From Glycera tridactyla (lineage: Eukaryota): a stretch of 64,000 nucleotides of DNA. This document shows positions 29,070-42,035 of this stretch, in pieces. Under the pieces are notes generated by a model that did no database searches, was not told where the DNA came from, and was given only the letters and a program-made list of their open reading frames with translations. Location of the stretch: contig OZ286461.1 of assembly GCA_965644265.1 (NCBI GenBank), positions 106,144,001 to 106,208,000 on the forward strand, read 5' to 3'. The translations under genes and the position numbers were made by a program. The first letter of the stretch is position 1; every line of letters starts with the position of its first letter.

Positions 29070-32000
29070 ATGGATAGTGGCATACACCCTCCGTCAATCT
29101 GTCTCATCATTTTTCGTCAGAATCGGCGAGGAATCATGGATTCGACTCAGCATGTTTTCCTGATATTCCATATACCACAGCATGGGGTTTAAGAAGATGG
29201 TATTATTTCGGCAAGATAATGACCAGAACTGTATTTCAGAAGACTCCTTGCCTTGAAGCATACGGCAACTTGTCTCTCAGCCAGGTAAAATCACATATCT
29301 AATTAGTTGATCGTTCATCACAAAGAGTAGTGAGATCACTCACGGGGTCACCATTTTGGGTTGCATTCGCCACATGATTCAGCAAAAGAAAAATATTCGT
29401 GGATTGTGATTCTTTTTACTTTCCTAATAGAACCTACCCCCCCCCCCGCACAGGCTCCTGTAGATAACACTGATGACATTCCTTGACATGACTCAACCAT
29501 ATTGCCGATCATGATCCTGCAATGCTGTAACGTACAATTATGCGAATTATTGTTCTCTGTATAGCTTGATTTCAGAATATTGGCTGATATATTACACTCA
29601 TCTTTTATGAAGATCAGGCCAGATTAGTAAAAAGTTTCATCTTCAATGCTAACGTCATTGTGACATTCACGTTCGCTATAAATGCTCTCGAAACTCACAC
29701 GATCCATTCCGCCGAATAAGCCCCTCATTCCTAAATCAATGAAAGTGGTGACGAGACCCAGTTCAGATATCAGCAGTGCGTGGGTGGGTCAGTCTAGATA
29801 CTCGCCCCTCAATCCTCAACTGAAGGTGAAAACTTATGGAAATCAGATAGTGCAAATCAAGATCCATATCGCTTACACTTCTGACTTGCCATTGTTTCAC
29901 AGCAGTCCTATATTTTCTGGGAAATCCCATCACAAAGATTCCATAGACTTCAAGGTCGGGAAAGTCAAACTCAAACAAGAGGTCCATCCTAGGTCATTGA
30001 GATGTAGTGATCACATAATACACTTTTGGACATAGGCCATCAGAGGGTCGATAGAGCAGGTGTTTTTAATCCAACCCAGGACCGATGTGTTTGCATACTG
30101 CTTAGTGGGTATAGCCGATCGACTGCTTGTCCAAGTTTCTAGTTATCGTTCTGCATGCTTCCAGTTCCCTGAAAAAAATCACATGAATTTGTAGGAATAT
30201 AGAATTGCTGCATGTTCATGCAACATTATATGAGGCTACAGGCGATCACGGCGGCAATGTCGTCAGCCAATAGGTGCTTGGTAAACCAAGAACTATGTCA
30301 GGAGATTACAATGAGAGCTCCATAACCCTGACAACTATGTGGTATAAAACCTTTCTGTATTCTAAATGAATGGTTGATTCAATCAATGAGTAGAAACTCG
30401 TATTGAGAACATGTATTCATATGCCTATGAGGCAGTTCCTCTTCTGTGAGGAACCAGGCCCATAGGAGTATCCTCAGTGGGTAGATGAGGGAATTCCCTT
30501 AACAACCTAACTTTAAATCGAATTCTCCCGAAAACGAGCAGTCGATGCCATGCAAATTCATTTTTTGATTGGAAAGAGAGGAAACGTAGTACCATGACAA
30601 GGCAGTACGAATACATCTCAAATTTCGAATGGAATGCTTGTTGGTGGGGGGGGGGAGGGGGTCGACTGATTTAGAATTCCTGTAAATACCAGATGAGTTG
30701 GGTCAATTTATATTAAATAATTCATGGTATAAACACAGAATTGCATCAATATAGAATATTATGATGATGTCACTCGATGAAACACTCTTGATATTTAATG
30801 AGACTGGCAATACAGTATACTCTTTTCGATGACCATTAATTAATATTTAAGAAATGACATTATTCAGGAAAATGCTACCGGATGGAAGATATCCAAGATT
30901 TTATCATTTCTGAGCGGATCGTTGAAGGCCGTCGCCTGATGGAGATGGATGTTGGGCAGACAGGTTGGCCACTAGGGCTACAAGTTAGCAGTGAGCTGGA
31001 AACATCGGCTGGCAATCACAGCACATGGAAGAGGCGGGGCTGGTGTCTGTGTAATAGAAAGAAAGAAGGCAGCTTCGATTTGGCAGGTCCAATGAGGCAC
31101 GCCGACTTCAATACATACACTGGACTCTAGTGTCACCAACACACGCCTGAAATGTCTATTTCATGTTGAATACCGTACCTTCTGCATGATGTCAATCCTG
31201 GTGAAAGTCATACTGATCTTTATCATCGTTGTTGTTGCCATCGTCGTCGTCATCATCGGTAACGTTACAAACACCAGCACCATCACCATCACTACCACTA
31301 TCAAACTCACCATCACCATAATCATCATCAGCATCAGCATCAGAATCGGCGTAGCATGACACTTTCACTTCAACTCATCTCCAGCAACAACTGTTTGCCA
31401 CCAAATTAATTGATCTGAACCAAATATGACCTACACATTTATTGGCATTTCTCGTGACGACAAGTAGAAGCGATATTAGTAGATCTCGCACGCAATGAGA
31501 AATCATGAGCGACATCGCAGACATGACTGTGCGTCAACGCAGCGGAAGTGACTGTCTGATCCAGGTGACTGTCGTGAGGAAGTTAATGGAATGGATGACA
31601 GATGCGGCACTTCACAGCGTAGGGCTTCACAGTCCGCCCTCAGCGGTGTCCTGATACTGAGGCAGTGTGACCTGATTCCAACCAGGCGCTGACCTAATTC
31701 TGAGTGTCAGCTTGGATTCTCGACAAATTGTTTCGACGACAACCTAAAGTCTAGTCAGCAAAAGTTGAGACTCATGAGGAAGAGCTGCACATGCGTATGT
31801 CATAGGGTAGCTGGTGAGTCATTGTGCCTGGTGAGGTCATGGGGTCAATACAGGCACATATGATAAAGGAAATGGTCAGAGGGCGGATGGTATCTTTGTT
31901 TCAGTTCACACCTTATGAATCACATTCCTCTAACACTCAAGTGTCAACTGGAGTTTCATATTTAGTGTAGACAGGCGAAACATGATTTCGGATATTTGGA

Positions 32001-32831
32001 TCTGACACCCATAATCGACCTGTGTGTGATGAATACACTGTAGTCTTTTTTCCTCATCCACCTAGTGGACACTTCCGGTGAACACACCATGGCATACTCT
32101 TTCGCAATTACCTTGAGTGTGATTGACATCCCATCAAAATCATGTGGACTGCTTCATCTCTATCGGTTCATCACTTAGACTCTCCTCTGCTTCACTCTGA
32201 TGAGGAAACCCATTCTGCTGCCAAATTAGATACAGACACGCAGATATTGTTCATTATGACGAGACACAGATTTTAGGAACAAAACTCAGAGCGGTTGGAC
32301 GGGAGAATACTGAACAGTTCTGACATTGGCGACGTTATCTGCTGTGAAAACCCACAATGTGGGATATGTCGAATACCACCAGCTTTGATCATGGATGTGC
32401 ATCATGCGCGACTCTCGTGATCTTCAAATGAAATAAGATACCTCGCATATGATCTGGCAGTCACACTCATATACCTGCTTCCTTGTGTACCTCCCGAATC
32501 ACTGCGTGATTTCATGTATCTGTTGTCGTCACAATCTATTTTTTTCCAACTTTGAACGAGGTGAGCAGAAATTTCAATGGAGCGTGAAATGAGGACGGTT
32601 CAGGAATGAACACATAAGACATTGGCAATCTCACATTTGTTCCATGTTTGAATTCTGAGCAAATTGAGTACTTGACAGATGGATATTTTTGCATGATCTT
32701 CAGCTTGAAGGTAGAAATACGATATCATAAACTCCTGTCTAGTCATTGATTTTGTCTAGTGATTCCGTACCACTATCCGAGGTATTTGTACATCTTAATC
32801 ACCACAGCAAAGGTATTGAATTCCTATGTTC

Positions 32832-32832
<1 letters not shown>

Positions 32833-32915
<83 letters not shown>

Positions 32916-32916
32916 G
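32833..32916. repeat. (TCTG)n microsatellite
   Basis: Directly visible. Confidence 0.95.
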
Positions 32917-33602
32917 CACCTCTCGCCCTATTCATTCATCGATCCACCCATCTATCCAGCCGTCTATCTGTGAGTGTGTATATGTCCGTCCATCCGTCCA
33001 TTAGTCAGCATATCAGTCTGTCCATTCGTCCTTCCATCCGCCACTCGTCCTTTCACCATACATCCATTCGCCCATCATCCTGTCACACATTCCGCTGATT
33101 ACGGACCTAGAAATATCAGACTTGGTGAAATGATTGATGTAGATCAGAATCATCATGAACACCCATTTCATTCAGCACTCATGTATCAAACACCTTTTAC
33201 AGCCCAGTATGCTTTCGAGTTTTCGCCACACTGTGTGATATGTGAAAGATGTTTCCCTCTCTTGATTGTATTCAAGCCAGCGTGTGTCAGAATGCCATCT
33301 TCAATTCACATAGCATCTGAATATGTTGAAATCAATACAGTCGTGTACATCTGTTCCATCGTGATGTGGATGAATTAGAGATAAGGAAGAAAACGAGAAG
33401 GACACAGGAGGACCAAGGCAATCAGTGAGTGAGGTAGCATGTAATTTGCAAGGAGTTCGCGGACTTGTGTGGGTGGGGAGAGGCCATGTCACGCGATGGT
33501 CTTGTCAACTCCAACTAAATCTGAGAGAATGTGTATTACTCTCTTGATATCATATATCGCACAAACACACAGGGGGAGTGCAAAACCCCCACACGACGCC
33601 TC

Positions 33603-33611
33603 CACACACAT

Positions 33612-33683
<72 letters not shown>
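33603..33683. repeat. (CA)n microsatellite
   Basis: Directly visible. Confidence 0.95.
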
Positions 33684-33685
<2 letters not shown>

Positions 33686-34596
33686 CCCCCCAACACAAAC
33701 AACACACAACCTCCGAATCCTCTTCCCTGTCTTTCAATTCTTCCTCTTCCATATTTCGATAATACTACGAGAATATGTCCACAATAAAACATGGCAATAT
33801 CCTATGAATTGAGCGATTTCGCAATATGTAATCCTATTTCAGACAAGAATAGGGGTCGCTGCAAAAGCAAATGGAACAGATTTGCCACGACAGCGAATCA
33901 CGGGCGAACGCAATTTCTCAAAATATTTCAATAGAGGCCCACCCACTTTATTTCCCCTGCGGAGGCCGCACCTTTGACAATACCCTATTACCAACCTCGT
34001 GTGTGTAATCACCACAGCCGAATGGCATGTGTGGCGGAGTACCTGGACACTTAGCATCCATTTAGCACTGACTCTAATCCGCTAATACCCACCCACATGG
34101 CAAGCCCAGAGTGGATCAATGTGATCACCAGGTAGGTGGATGGAAGAGCTTCCCTGAATCCCAACAGAGTTCCCTATTGTAATTGTTGATGGACGTTGAG
34201 GCAGTGCCGTTAACTTTTCCTGTCTCCGTAAATATTCCGTGTCACGATGACATCGTGAGATGTTCTATGTTTTCAGATAGTATAACAGATTCATTACTAC
34301 TACTTCTACCACCACTTCTACTTCTTCCACCACTATTACAACTACTACCAGGTGGCGCCACCGAAGCGAGCGCGCGTACCTTTGAAAAACAAACGGATAG
34401 CGCAAGAAAATTGGCATTTTGGACATGTTAGAGTCATCTACCATGAATGGATCTCAACATGTAAACGTGGGATATACCAGAGAAAAGGAACGCAAACAAA
34501 TGGAGAAGTTTTGGAACTTTCTTGGTGACTTTTCAGTAGTGGTTATGGACCACTGCACAGAGTACATGTAGTCAAGCCTGGCTGCACACAGTCAAC

Positions 34597-35563
34597 ATGA
34601 GTGGGGGAGTAGAGGACAGACTTGATACCATCGTCAAGAGGCTTGACTCAGTAGTGGATCGCCTCGATGACCTCAAGAAGGATATGGCGCAAATGGAAGG
34701 TAGATTGGAAAGAAGGATCGATAAAACAGCAGAGGATCTACGTAGAGAAATGAAGGGCCATATCGCTTCGGAAATAAATCCAGTGAAACAGGATGTACAT
34801 AAGCTTGATTCAAGGATAGCCAACACCGAGTCGAAGATTGGGAAGTTGCGAAAAGACTTGGTAAAACCCTTTGAGCCAGAAAGATCGGTTGCGATATACG
34901 GATTATTCCAGAAAGAAAATGAATCATTAGAGGATTGTGTTCAGAACCTCATTAGGGGCATACTAGAACTGGATATAATTGTGAAAAACTGTGAAAGGAA
35001 AAAAGCATGGGACAAAAAAAAAGGCAGGTGTTGTTTTGGTTGAATGTGAAAGTGAAAATGACAGAACGGCTATACTGAAAGCAAAAAAGCGCTGTGCGGA
35101 AGTAGAAGAGGCCAAACGTATCTCAATAAGAGGATGTGAGTCACATGAAACCAGAAGATGCAAGTCTAATAGTAGAGCAATAGTGTCATATTTTGATATG
35201 GGCAGAGACTATTACGTCACGGCACACGGTTACCTTAGACGCAAAGAAGATGAAAACCGCGACGATCGTAACGTGTTTGCAGACGATCCACAACGAAGGG
35301 CCATGCCCCCTCGGATGGGCGATAATGTAAAACTTGGACATGCACGTGCGGCGAGTAAACAACAACAAGAGCCAAACACACACGAACAAAACCCGAATGA
35401 CTACGGAGATGCCCGAAGTGATGGCCGAAGAAGCAACGGAGAAAGCCGAAGCCCGACCGGACCAAGAGACGACGGTAGATACAGGGGCGGCCGCAATACG
35501 AGATCAAGTTACCGGGACAATCCAGGCCGAGGTGCAAACAATAATCACAACAGAGACAGATAG
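34597..35563 (+). CDS. LINE ORF1 (coiled coil plus RRM/CTD-like, R/G-rich tail); 1-nt insertion in A9 run at 35014-35022
   Basis: Heptad-like N-terminus RLDTIVKRLDSVVDRLDDLKKDMAQMEGRL. Track ORFs 34597-35043 and 34991-35563 join as WDKKKAGVVLVECESENDRTAILKAKK if one A is removed. Confidence 0.85.
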
Positions 35564-38500
35564 AATCATGAGGAGAAGGAAATTAGCGAGTCAATCGCAA
35601 TCGGTGTATGGAATATTAATGGATGGCTAGGTAGCCACCATGAATTCAAAGAAAGAATACTTGAATATTTCAACTCAGATGTGTATGTTTTGACAGAAAC
35701 CTGGGCCAGACAGCATGACATCATTGTAATACCAGGGTACGTGGTATACCAGAACAATAGAAAATTAGTTAATAAAAAGAGTGCACGTGGTTCTGGTGGT
35801 TTTGCGATAGCAATCAAATATACCATTCTAGAGAGGTTTGAGTTGAAACGCACTGATGATGACTATGAAGGTATACTGAGAGTCCAGCTGAAACACAAGA
35901 GATCTGACTGCCTAATAACAGTAATTGGTGTATATATTCCGCCCGAAAATAGCGTTTACGCTACAGCAGCTGATGAGTCATTTGAAATTCTTACGACAAT
36001 GTTATATGAATGTGAAAACGATGATTTCGTGTATGTATGTGGGGATTTGAACGCGAGGGTGGGAAGCAAAAAAGATTTCATAGAGGGGGTGGATGAAATA
36101 GAGGATAGATGTGTGATAGATGAAACCCACAATGATCATGGAATATCCCTTATCAATTTCCTGCTACAAACAAAATGCTGTATTCTAAATGGGAGAATAT
36201 GCCCTTTAAGTGATAACTTCACATCAATCAGTATGAAAGGAAAATCTGTTGTAGACTACGGAATCGTACCCCATGATAACCTATACATGGTGAAAGACTT
36301 CAGCACTATTACATGCTCAGAGCTGGGATTCGCAGTAGAAGGGAATATGAGGGGGCGCGCTTCAGATCACAGTTTGTTGCTCATGAAATGTGTTATCGAC
36401 CACCACTCTAGCGGAGAATGTGAGAACCAGCCTGTATGCACAAGCACGGTAGATGGCGGGGCGGAAGATGACAACGATGCATGTGTAGAACGATTGAAAC
36501 CGCCACGCAGATATAAGAGAAACGAGTTACCAATTTCCTTCATATCACCTGATCTGTTGAAACAAATACAAGAGAGAATAAATGTTCTCGCCATACAGGA
36601 AACCAACCAACAAGCCATAGATATACTATTTCAAGATCTCTGTAAGGTGTATCATGCAGAACTAGGCAAAGTCTGGAAAGTAATTAAAGACACACCTAGT
36701 TCAGGTAAAAGGTTCAAATTCAAAAAGTGTCCATACTGGTCAGATGAGCTGAACTCACTATATGAAAAAATGCATCAAACCGAGAAAATGTTTTTGAGAG
36801 CCAAGAAAAAGAACCAAACCCAGAAACATCTCAGAAGCGAGTTTGCGAGAGCCCAGAGCGAGTTTGACAAGAAACTGAAACAAACTAAACGTAAGTTTAA
36901 TAGAAATCAAGTTCTCAGCCTAGAAAAAACTAACATTTCAGACCAAAATGAATTCTGGCGACAAATCTCGAGAATGGGCCCTCGGAAACCCGCCAAACCC
37001 CCATGGGAGGTATATGATGAAGGGGGAAATGTTGTGACTGAAAAAAAGGTGGTACTGGAAAAATGGAAAAATGAATTTCAGGGTCTCTTGACACCACCTA
37101 TATGTACAGACCAGAATCAATTGAACTTCGAAGAATTTATTGTGGATGAGAATGTGAGAATAGAAGAACTGAATGAGAGAACGAATGATACAAATGCAGA
37201 AATCAATGTATGTCTCACATGTAAAGAGGTTGAAAAGATCATAAAGAAGGCAAAAACTGGCAAAGCGGTAGGCATTGATGGAATCCCCGCAGAAGCATTT
37301 AAAAATCAGGAATCCATAGCCATACTCACTGATCTTTTTAATCTCTGCCTCAAACAACACATGTTGCCCTCAGTCTGGTCCCTGGGGATGATAAACCCCA
37401 TCCCAAAGAGCAAAACCTCTGACCCAAGAGTACCTCTCAATTACAGGGGAATCAGCCTGTTACCTGTGGTCAGCAAGCTGTACACGGCTGGAATATCAAA
37501 TAGACTATCTGATTATATGGAAAAGAATGATCTTCTATCAAATGAGCAAAATGGCTTCAGACCGGAACGGTCATGTATAGATCATTTATATACGCTAAAC
37601 ACAATCTGTAAGGTACGCAAAGAACTAAAACAGGAGACATTCCTAACATTTATTGACTATGCAAAAGCCTTCGATTATGTTAACAGAGATTTCCTATTTC
37701 ATAAACTATTGGCGAAAAAGATAAATGGTGACATTTACTATGCAATCAAAGAAGTCTACAAAAATCCGAAAAGCTGTGTACAGTTTGATGGCAACTTGAC
37801 AGGCTGGTTCCCTGTAACATCTGGTGTGAGGCAAGGTGATTCGTTGAGCCCACTACTGTTTGCGGTGTTTATCGATGATTTAGTAGAAGAGATAAGAGAG
37901 TGCAGAGGAGGTGTATTCATTGGAGGTGAACAACTTCCAATCCTATTGTATGCAGACGATATTGTCTTGATTGCTAGCACGATAGAGGGCGCTCAATCGC
38001 AGTTGAATGTATTGACCGACTGGTGCGATAGATGGCGTATGTCCATAAATGCAAGTAAAAGCCAGGTGGTTCATATTAGACATCACCAAAGAAGCCGAGA
38101 AGAACGCCCGCTTCGTTGCTGTAACCAGGACTTAAAATATGTTGCAAACTATAAATACCTGGGTTTGCTGATAAATGAATTTCTATCGCACCAGGCGGCC
38201 ATTGACTCATTAGTAGCTGCAGCGTCAAGGTCTTTTGGTAGAATTGTATGTATATTTAAAAAGCTGAAGAATCTAGGTATCAAGACGTATGAATCGCTGC
38301 ATGAATCCTATGTTATACCTATACTAAACTACGGTGCATGTGTATGGGGGTACAAGGAGTATCATGATCCTAAGATACTAGAGAACAGGATTATACGATT
38401 TTACTTAGGTGTCCACAAATACACTGCCGTATCTGCAACAAATATTGAAATGGACTGGTTGGATGTAAGATACAAGAGGTGGATGGACATGATTAGATAT

Positions 38501-39133
38501 AGAAATAGAATTGTTAAGATGAAAGGATCGAGATGGCCAAAGAAGATCTTTGCATGGGAAAGATCACTCAAACTGAACACATGGGCCAGAGAAATCGAGA
38601 ATATCCTGTCTTCTTGTCAAATGATACCTGTTGTCCATGAAGATGATGCCATTATTGATCTTGATGTATTGTATGCAAGATTGAAGTGTATGTGGAGAGA
38701 GAAAATATGGGAGGAAGCACTACAGAAACCAAAACTAAGAACTTTCGTAAAGATCCATGATACTTCAAAGCAACAAACCATTGTCTCTTGTAACATATCA
38801 CGGGTCAATAGAAGCAATATCATTAAGTTAAAGTGTGGAGTGCTCCCTCTCATAGTAGAGACAGGAAGATACAAAAATATACCATTGGAGAAAAGAACTT
38901 GTCAGATCTGTGATGCAAATGAAATAGAAGACGAAAGACACTTCCTTCTGGAATGCCCCGGGCTAAAAACAGAAAGAGATACTATGACTCAGGAACTATC
39001 GACTATTGATACATTTGTTAGTGGGGAAGATGTTGAAAGCATCAAACTTATGGTATCAGAACAATGTGTGAAAGTAACAGCCAAACACCTGACTCGTTTG
39101 TTGGAACGGAGGAGAGAACTGATGTATAAATGA
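35564..39133 (+). CDS. LINE ORF2: AP endonuclease, reverse transcriptase, C-terminal CCHC finger
   Basis: Frame is open from the ORF1 TAG: IGVWNING, LTETW, GDLNAR, SVVDY, SDH (APE); QNGFR, FIDYAKAFD, GVRQG, LYADD (RT); ETGRY...CQIC...EDERHFLLEC. Confidence 0.97.
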   Translation, partial: NHEEKEISESIAIGVWNINGWLGSHHEFKERILEYFNSDVYVLTETWARQHDIIVIPGYVVYQNNRKLVNKKSARGSGGFAIAIKYTILERFELKRTDDDYEGILRVQLKHKRSDCLITVIGVYIPPENSVYATAADESFEILTTMLYECENDDFVYVCGDLNARVGSKKDFIEGVDEIEDRCVIDETHNDHGISLINFLLQTKCCILNGRICPLSDNFTSISMKGKSVVDYGIVPHDNLYMVKDFSTITCSELGFAVEGNMRGRASDHSLLLMKCVIDHHSSGECENQPVCTSTVDGGAEDDNDACVERLKPPRRYKRNELPISFISPDLLKQIQERINVLAIQETNQQAIDILFQDLCKVYHAELGKVWKVIKDTPSSGKRFKFKKCPYWSDELNSLYEKMHQTEKMFLRAKKKNQTQKHLRSEFARAQSEFDKKLKQTKRKFNRNQVLSLEKTNISDQNEFWRQISRMGPRKPAKPPWEVYDEGGNVVTEKKVVLEKWKNEFQGLLTPPICTDQNQLNFEEFIVDENVRIEELNERTNDTNAEINVCLTCKEVEKIIKKAKTGKAVGIDGIPAEAFKNQESIAILTDLFNLCLKQHMLPSVWSLGMINPIPKSKTSDPRVPLNYRGISLLPVVSKLYTAGISNRLSDYMEKNDLLSNEQNGFRPERSCIDHLYTLNTICKVRKELKQETFLTFIDYAKAFDYVNRDFLFHKLLAKKINGDIYYAIKEVYKNPKSCVQFDGNLTGWFPVTSGVRQGDSLSPLLFAVFIDDLVEEIRECRGGVFIGGEQLPILLYADDIVLIASTIEGAQSQLNVLTDWCDRWRMSINASKSQVVHIRHHQRSREERPLRCCNQDLKYVANYKYLGLLINEFLSHQAAIDSLVAAASRSFGRIVCIFKKLKNLGIKTYESLHESYVIPILNYGACVWGYKEYHDPKILENRIIRFYLGVHKYTAVSATNIEMDWLDVRYKRWMDMIRYRNRIVKMKGSRWPKKIFAWERSLKLNTWAREIENILSSCQMIPVVHEDDAIIDLDVLYARLKCMWREKIWEEALQKPKLRTFVKIHDTSKQQTIVSCNISRVNRSNIIKLKCGVLPLIVETGRYKNIPLEKRTCQICDANEIEDERHFLLECPGLKTERDTMTQELSTIDTFVSGEDVESIKLMVSEQCVKVTAKHLTRLLERRRELMYK

Positions 39134-39612
39134 GGCATACCATATCTGAATCTAGGATATGACACGAAAGATAAAAACTAATTTTCTTTTCCGACTTTTC
39201 ACTGTATCACAAATTTGTATCGGTATGAATTGAATGTATGTAACACACGCTTACAACCTTTTCGCTTTATTGATTTGGACACATGAGTCAAAGTGTGTGT
39301 GTGAATAGTGTAAATATTGTAAATAGAGTTCAACATATAGTTGTAAACGATTACCCACATGTTATACTATGTTTAAGTCATGTTATATGCCAATTATATA
39401 ATTCAAAAGTATGGTTCGCTTCGTGGTACGCCCTTGGTAGGCAAGTTATGTAAATGATTAATGTGACAAATAGCCTCTATGTAGGGGCGGGAAATATTAG
39501 CGCATGTGCAATTATGGATAGCAATTGAATGAGATGTGTTTAAATTGTATATGTGCATTTCTTGTCACAAAAATGAATTCACAGTTTTACAGTTTTACAG
39601 TTTTACAGTTTT

Positions 39613-39618
39613 ACTACC

Positions 39619-39659
<41 letters not shown>

Positions 39660-39687
39660 CACTACTATTACTACTACTGCTACTACT
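39613..39687. repeat. (ACT)n microsatellite between the two LINEs
   Basis: Directly visible; similar degenerate tract at 34294-34350. Confidence 0.95.
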
Positions 39688-39689
39688 GC

Positions 39690-41845
39690 GGAACCAGAAA
39701 ACATCTCAAAAAAGATACATTTCTTACTTTCATCGACTTTGCGAAGGCTTTCGACTACGTTAAATATGAGTACTCTTCTATAAGCTACAATTATTGAATG
39801 TTAATGGAAAAATAAACAGTGTAATTAAATCCATTCACAAGAACCTGCAAAGCTGTGTCCGGTTGAATGGCCACTTGACAAAGTGGTTCGACATCAAATC
39901 AGGAGTGTGCCAAGGGGATTCACTGAGCCCAATACTCTTCGCAAGCTTTATCAATGATTCAGCCATGGAGATCAGAGATTCGGAGTCGGGTGTGAAGATG
40001 GGTGGAGAGAGCATTGCGCTGTTGATGTATGCTGATGATATAGTACTATTATCACCAAACCCTGAAGAATCACAAACCCAGCTTAACATCATGTCAAATC
40101 GGTGCATGAGATGGGGCATGTGGATCGATGCCAAAAAGAGTCAGTTCGTGCACGTGGGGAATTATCAGAGACCATGTTGTGATGTCACATGAACAAACGG
40201 TATACACCCTAACGATGGTGGCTGCATGGTCTTTTGGAAATTCAATGAATCTCTTTAGATATTTGAAAAATATGGGCATCAAAACCTTTGAAACTCTCCT
40301 AAACTCAAATGTATACACGGTAACCAATCATGCCGCCGGCGTCTGGGGGTTTGCAGAACAGGAACCAGCTCAGATTCTTCAGAACTGGATAGCCAGATTT
40401 CACATGGGTACGCATGGTTTCACCTCCACAGATGCAATTTTAACCTAATTAGACTGGCTAGATATGAGATCACTGAGGTGGTTGGAGATACCCTAAAAGA
40501 ATTAGTACCATGGAACTTATGGAAAATATGGAATTTGGAAAAACAGCTGGACCTGGACAGGTGGAACAAGGATATCTCTCATATTTTAGCATACCTAGGT
40601 ATTGACCCACCAGAGGCTGATACCACCATAGACTGCACTGAATTACTGATAAATAGACTACTCTGCAGACGAGCCCTGAATTGCGAGTCAAAACTCAAAC
40701 TCAGAACATACAATATCATTGGAGACAAAAGTCAAATCAGACTGGTGGTAAGTGAAAACCTGAACTGGTCCACACGTAGTATATTGACAAAGTTCCTGTG
40801 CGGAGTTCTACCATTGCATATAGGAACCAGGCGATACAAAGGAGTCAAAGAGGATTTAAGGGTGTGTCAGGTCTGTAATTGTGGGGATGTTGAGAATGAA
40901 ACTCACTCCACACTACACTGCTCTGCATACAAGAACTCTGGAGATGTGTTCATGGAAGAATCAGTCAAATCGAATACAACATTTGAGACACTCACGGACA
41001 GCAAGAAATCAAGAGCCCTTCTCAAACCAAATCAGGTTAAAAGGTTCGCCAAGTGGCTCAAAGAGTTGTATCTTATCAGAAAGTCGATACTCTACAAATA
41101 ATAGGTTTGGCAATGTCGGCAAAAACCCCAGTATGTACCCAAAAATGTATATGTATCTATATAGATTATATTATATTGACCCTCAGAGACACCCACCATA
41201 AGTGCACCATCATTTCTAACTACTCACTTGCTGAGTCATTGAAATCCCAGCGGTTCTTGACTCAGATTGCGAGAGTAACCAAGTGCATGAGATTACGAGG
41301 TTTCCCCTGATCCTATGAGCATTCGTATAGCTCATTGAAATGAGCCAGATGCTATTTTGTATATAGTTGTGTTTTCACACCTGGTGGCCAAAAGAGAAAA
41401 CCATGTAGGGTGAAATAAGTTCCGGCAATCTCACCAGATTTAACATTAGAAATTGCTCATCTATGACAGGGAGAGAGAATCGAAGATCATACTATGCTCC
41501 TTGTGTTCTTTTGTTGTTTCTGTTCGCTGTTTATTTATAGAAACAGGCTGCCACGTTGAAACTTAGATTATTGGTAACACTTCCCTGAGTTATTCCCGTT
41601 CTCAACCAAATATAGTTAGTTGAACCAGATTGCAACCAGTGGCAACCATCCAAATAATGTGAATTCTATACATTTGGTAAATCACACAGTCCAATAACCC
41701 CCTTGTGGGTTAGGTGTCCAGCTAGAGATACGGAACCTCATGTATGTGTTGACAGTCAACCTATTGCCTTTTTTACGATTTATACCATGCTGTCAAATCT
41801 TCTATGTTCACTGGTCTGTATAATAAGATATGTCTTTACGTCTTC
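39690..41845 (+). mobile_element. 5'-truncated, degenerate LINE related to the element at 34351-39612
   Basis: FIDFAKAFDY, GVCQGDSLSP, LMYADD, KLKLRTY, CGVLPLHIG...CQVC...ENETH; frameshifted; 3' UTR is followed by a long (ACT)n. Confidence 0.88.
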
Positions 41846-42035
41846 ACTACTATTACTAGTATTACTACCACTGCTACTACTACTATTACTACTATTACTA
41901 CTACTACTATTACTACTACTGCTACTACTACTACTACTACTACTATTACTACTACTACCACCACTACCACTACCACTACCACTACCACTACCCCTACTAC
42001 TACTACTACTACTACTCTACTACTACTACTACCAC
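41846..42035. repeat. (ACT/ACC)n microsatellite
   Basis: Directly visible. Confidence 0.95.

Larger units (their letters stand above)
34351..39612 (+). mobile_element. Full-length APE-type non-LTR retrotransposon (LINE; RTE-X/Proto2-like or related clade, not determined)
   Basis: 5' UTR starts with palindrome GGTGGCGCCACC; ORF1, ORF2, ~450-nt 3' UTR, (ACAGTTTT)4 tail at 39581-39612; candidate TSD ACTACCA at 34344-34350 and 39613-39619. Confidence 0.93.

Noticed and set aside
33469-33812. Poly-HT, CV, L, T and ER ORFs here and at 19511, 22659, 32746, 41703, 53966, 58422, 61085 and 63545
   Set aside because: Translations of microsatellites.
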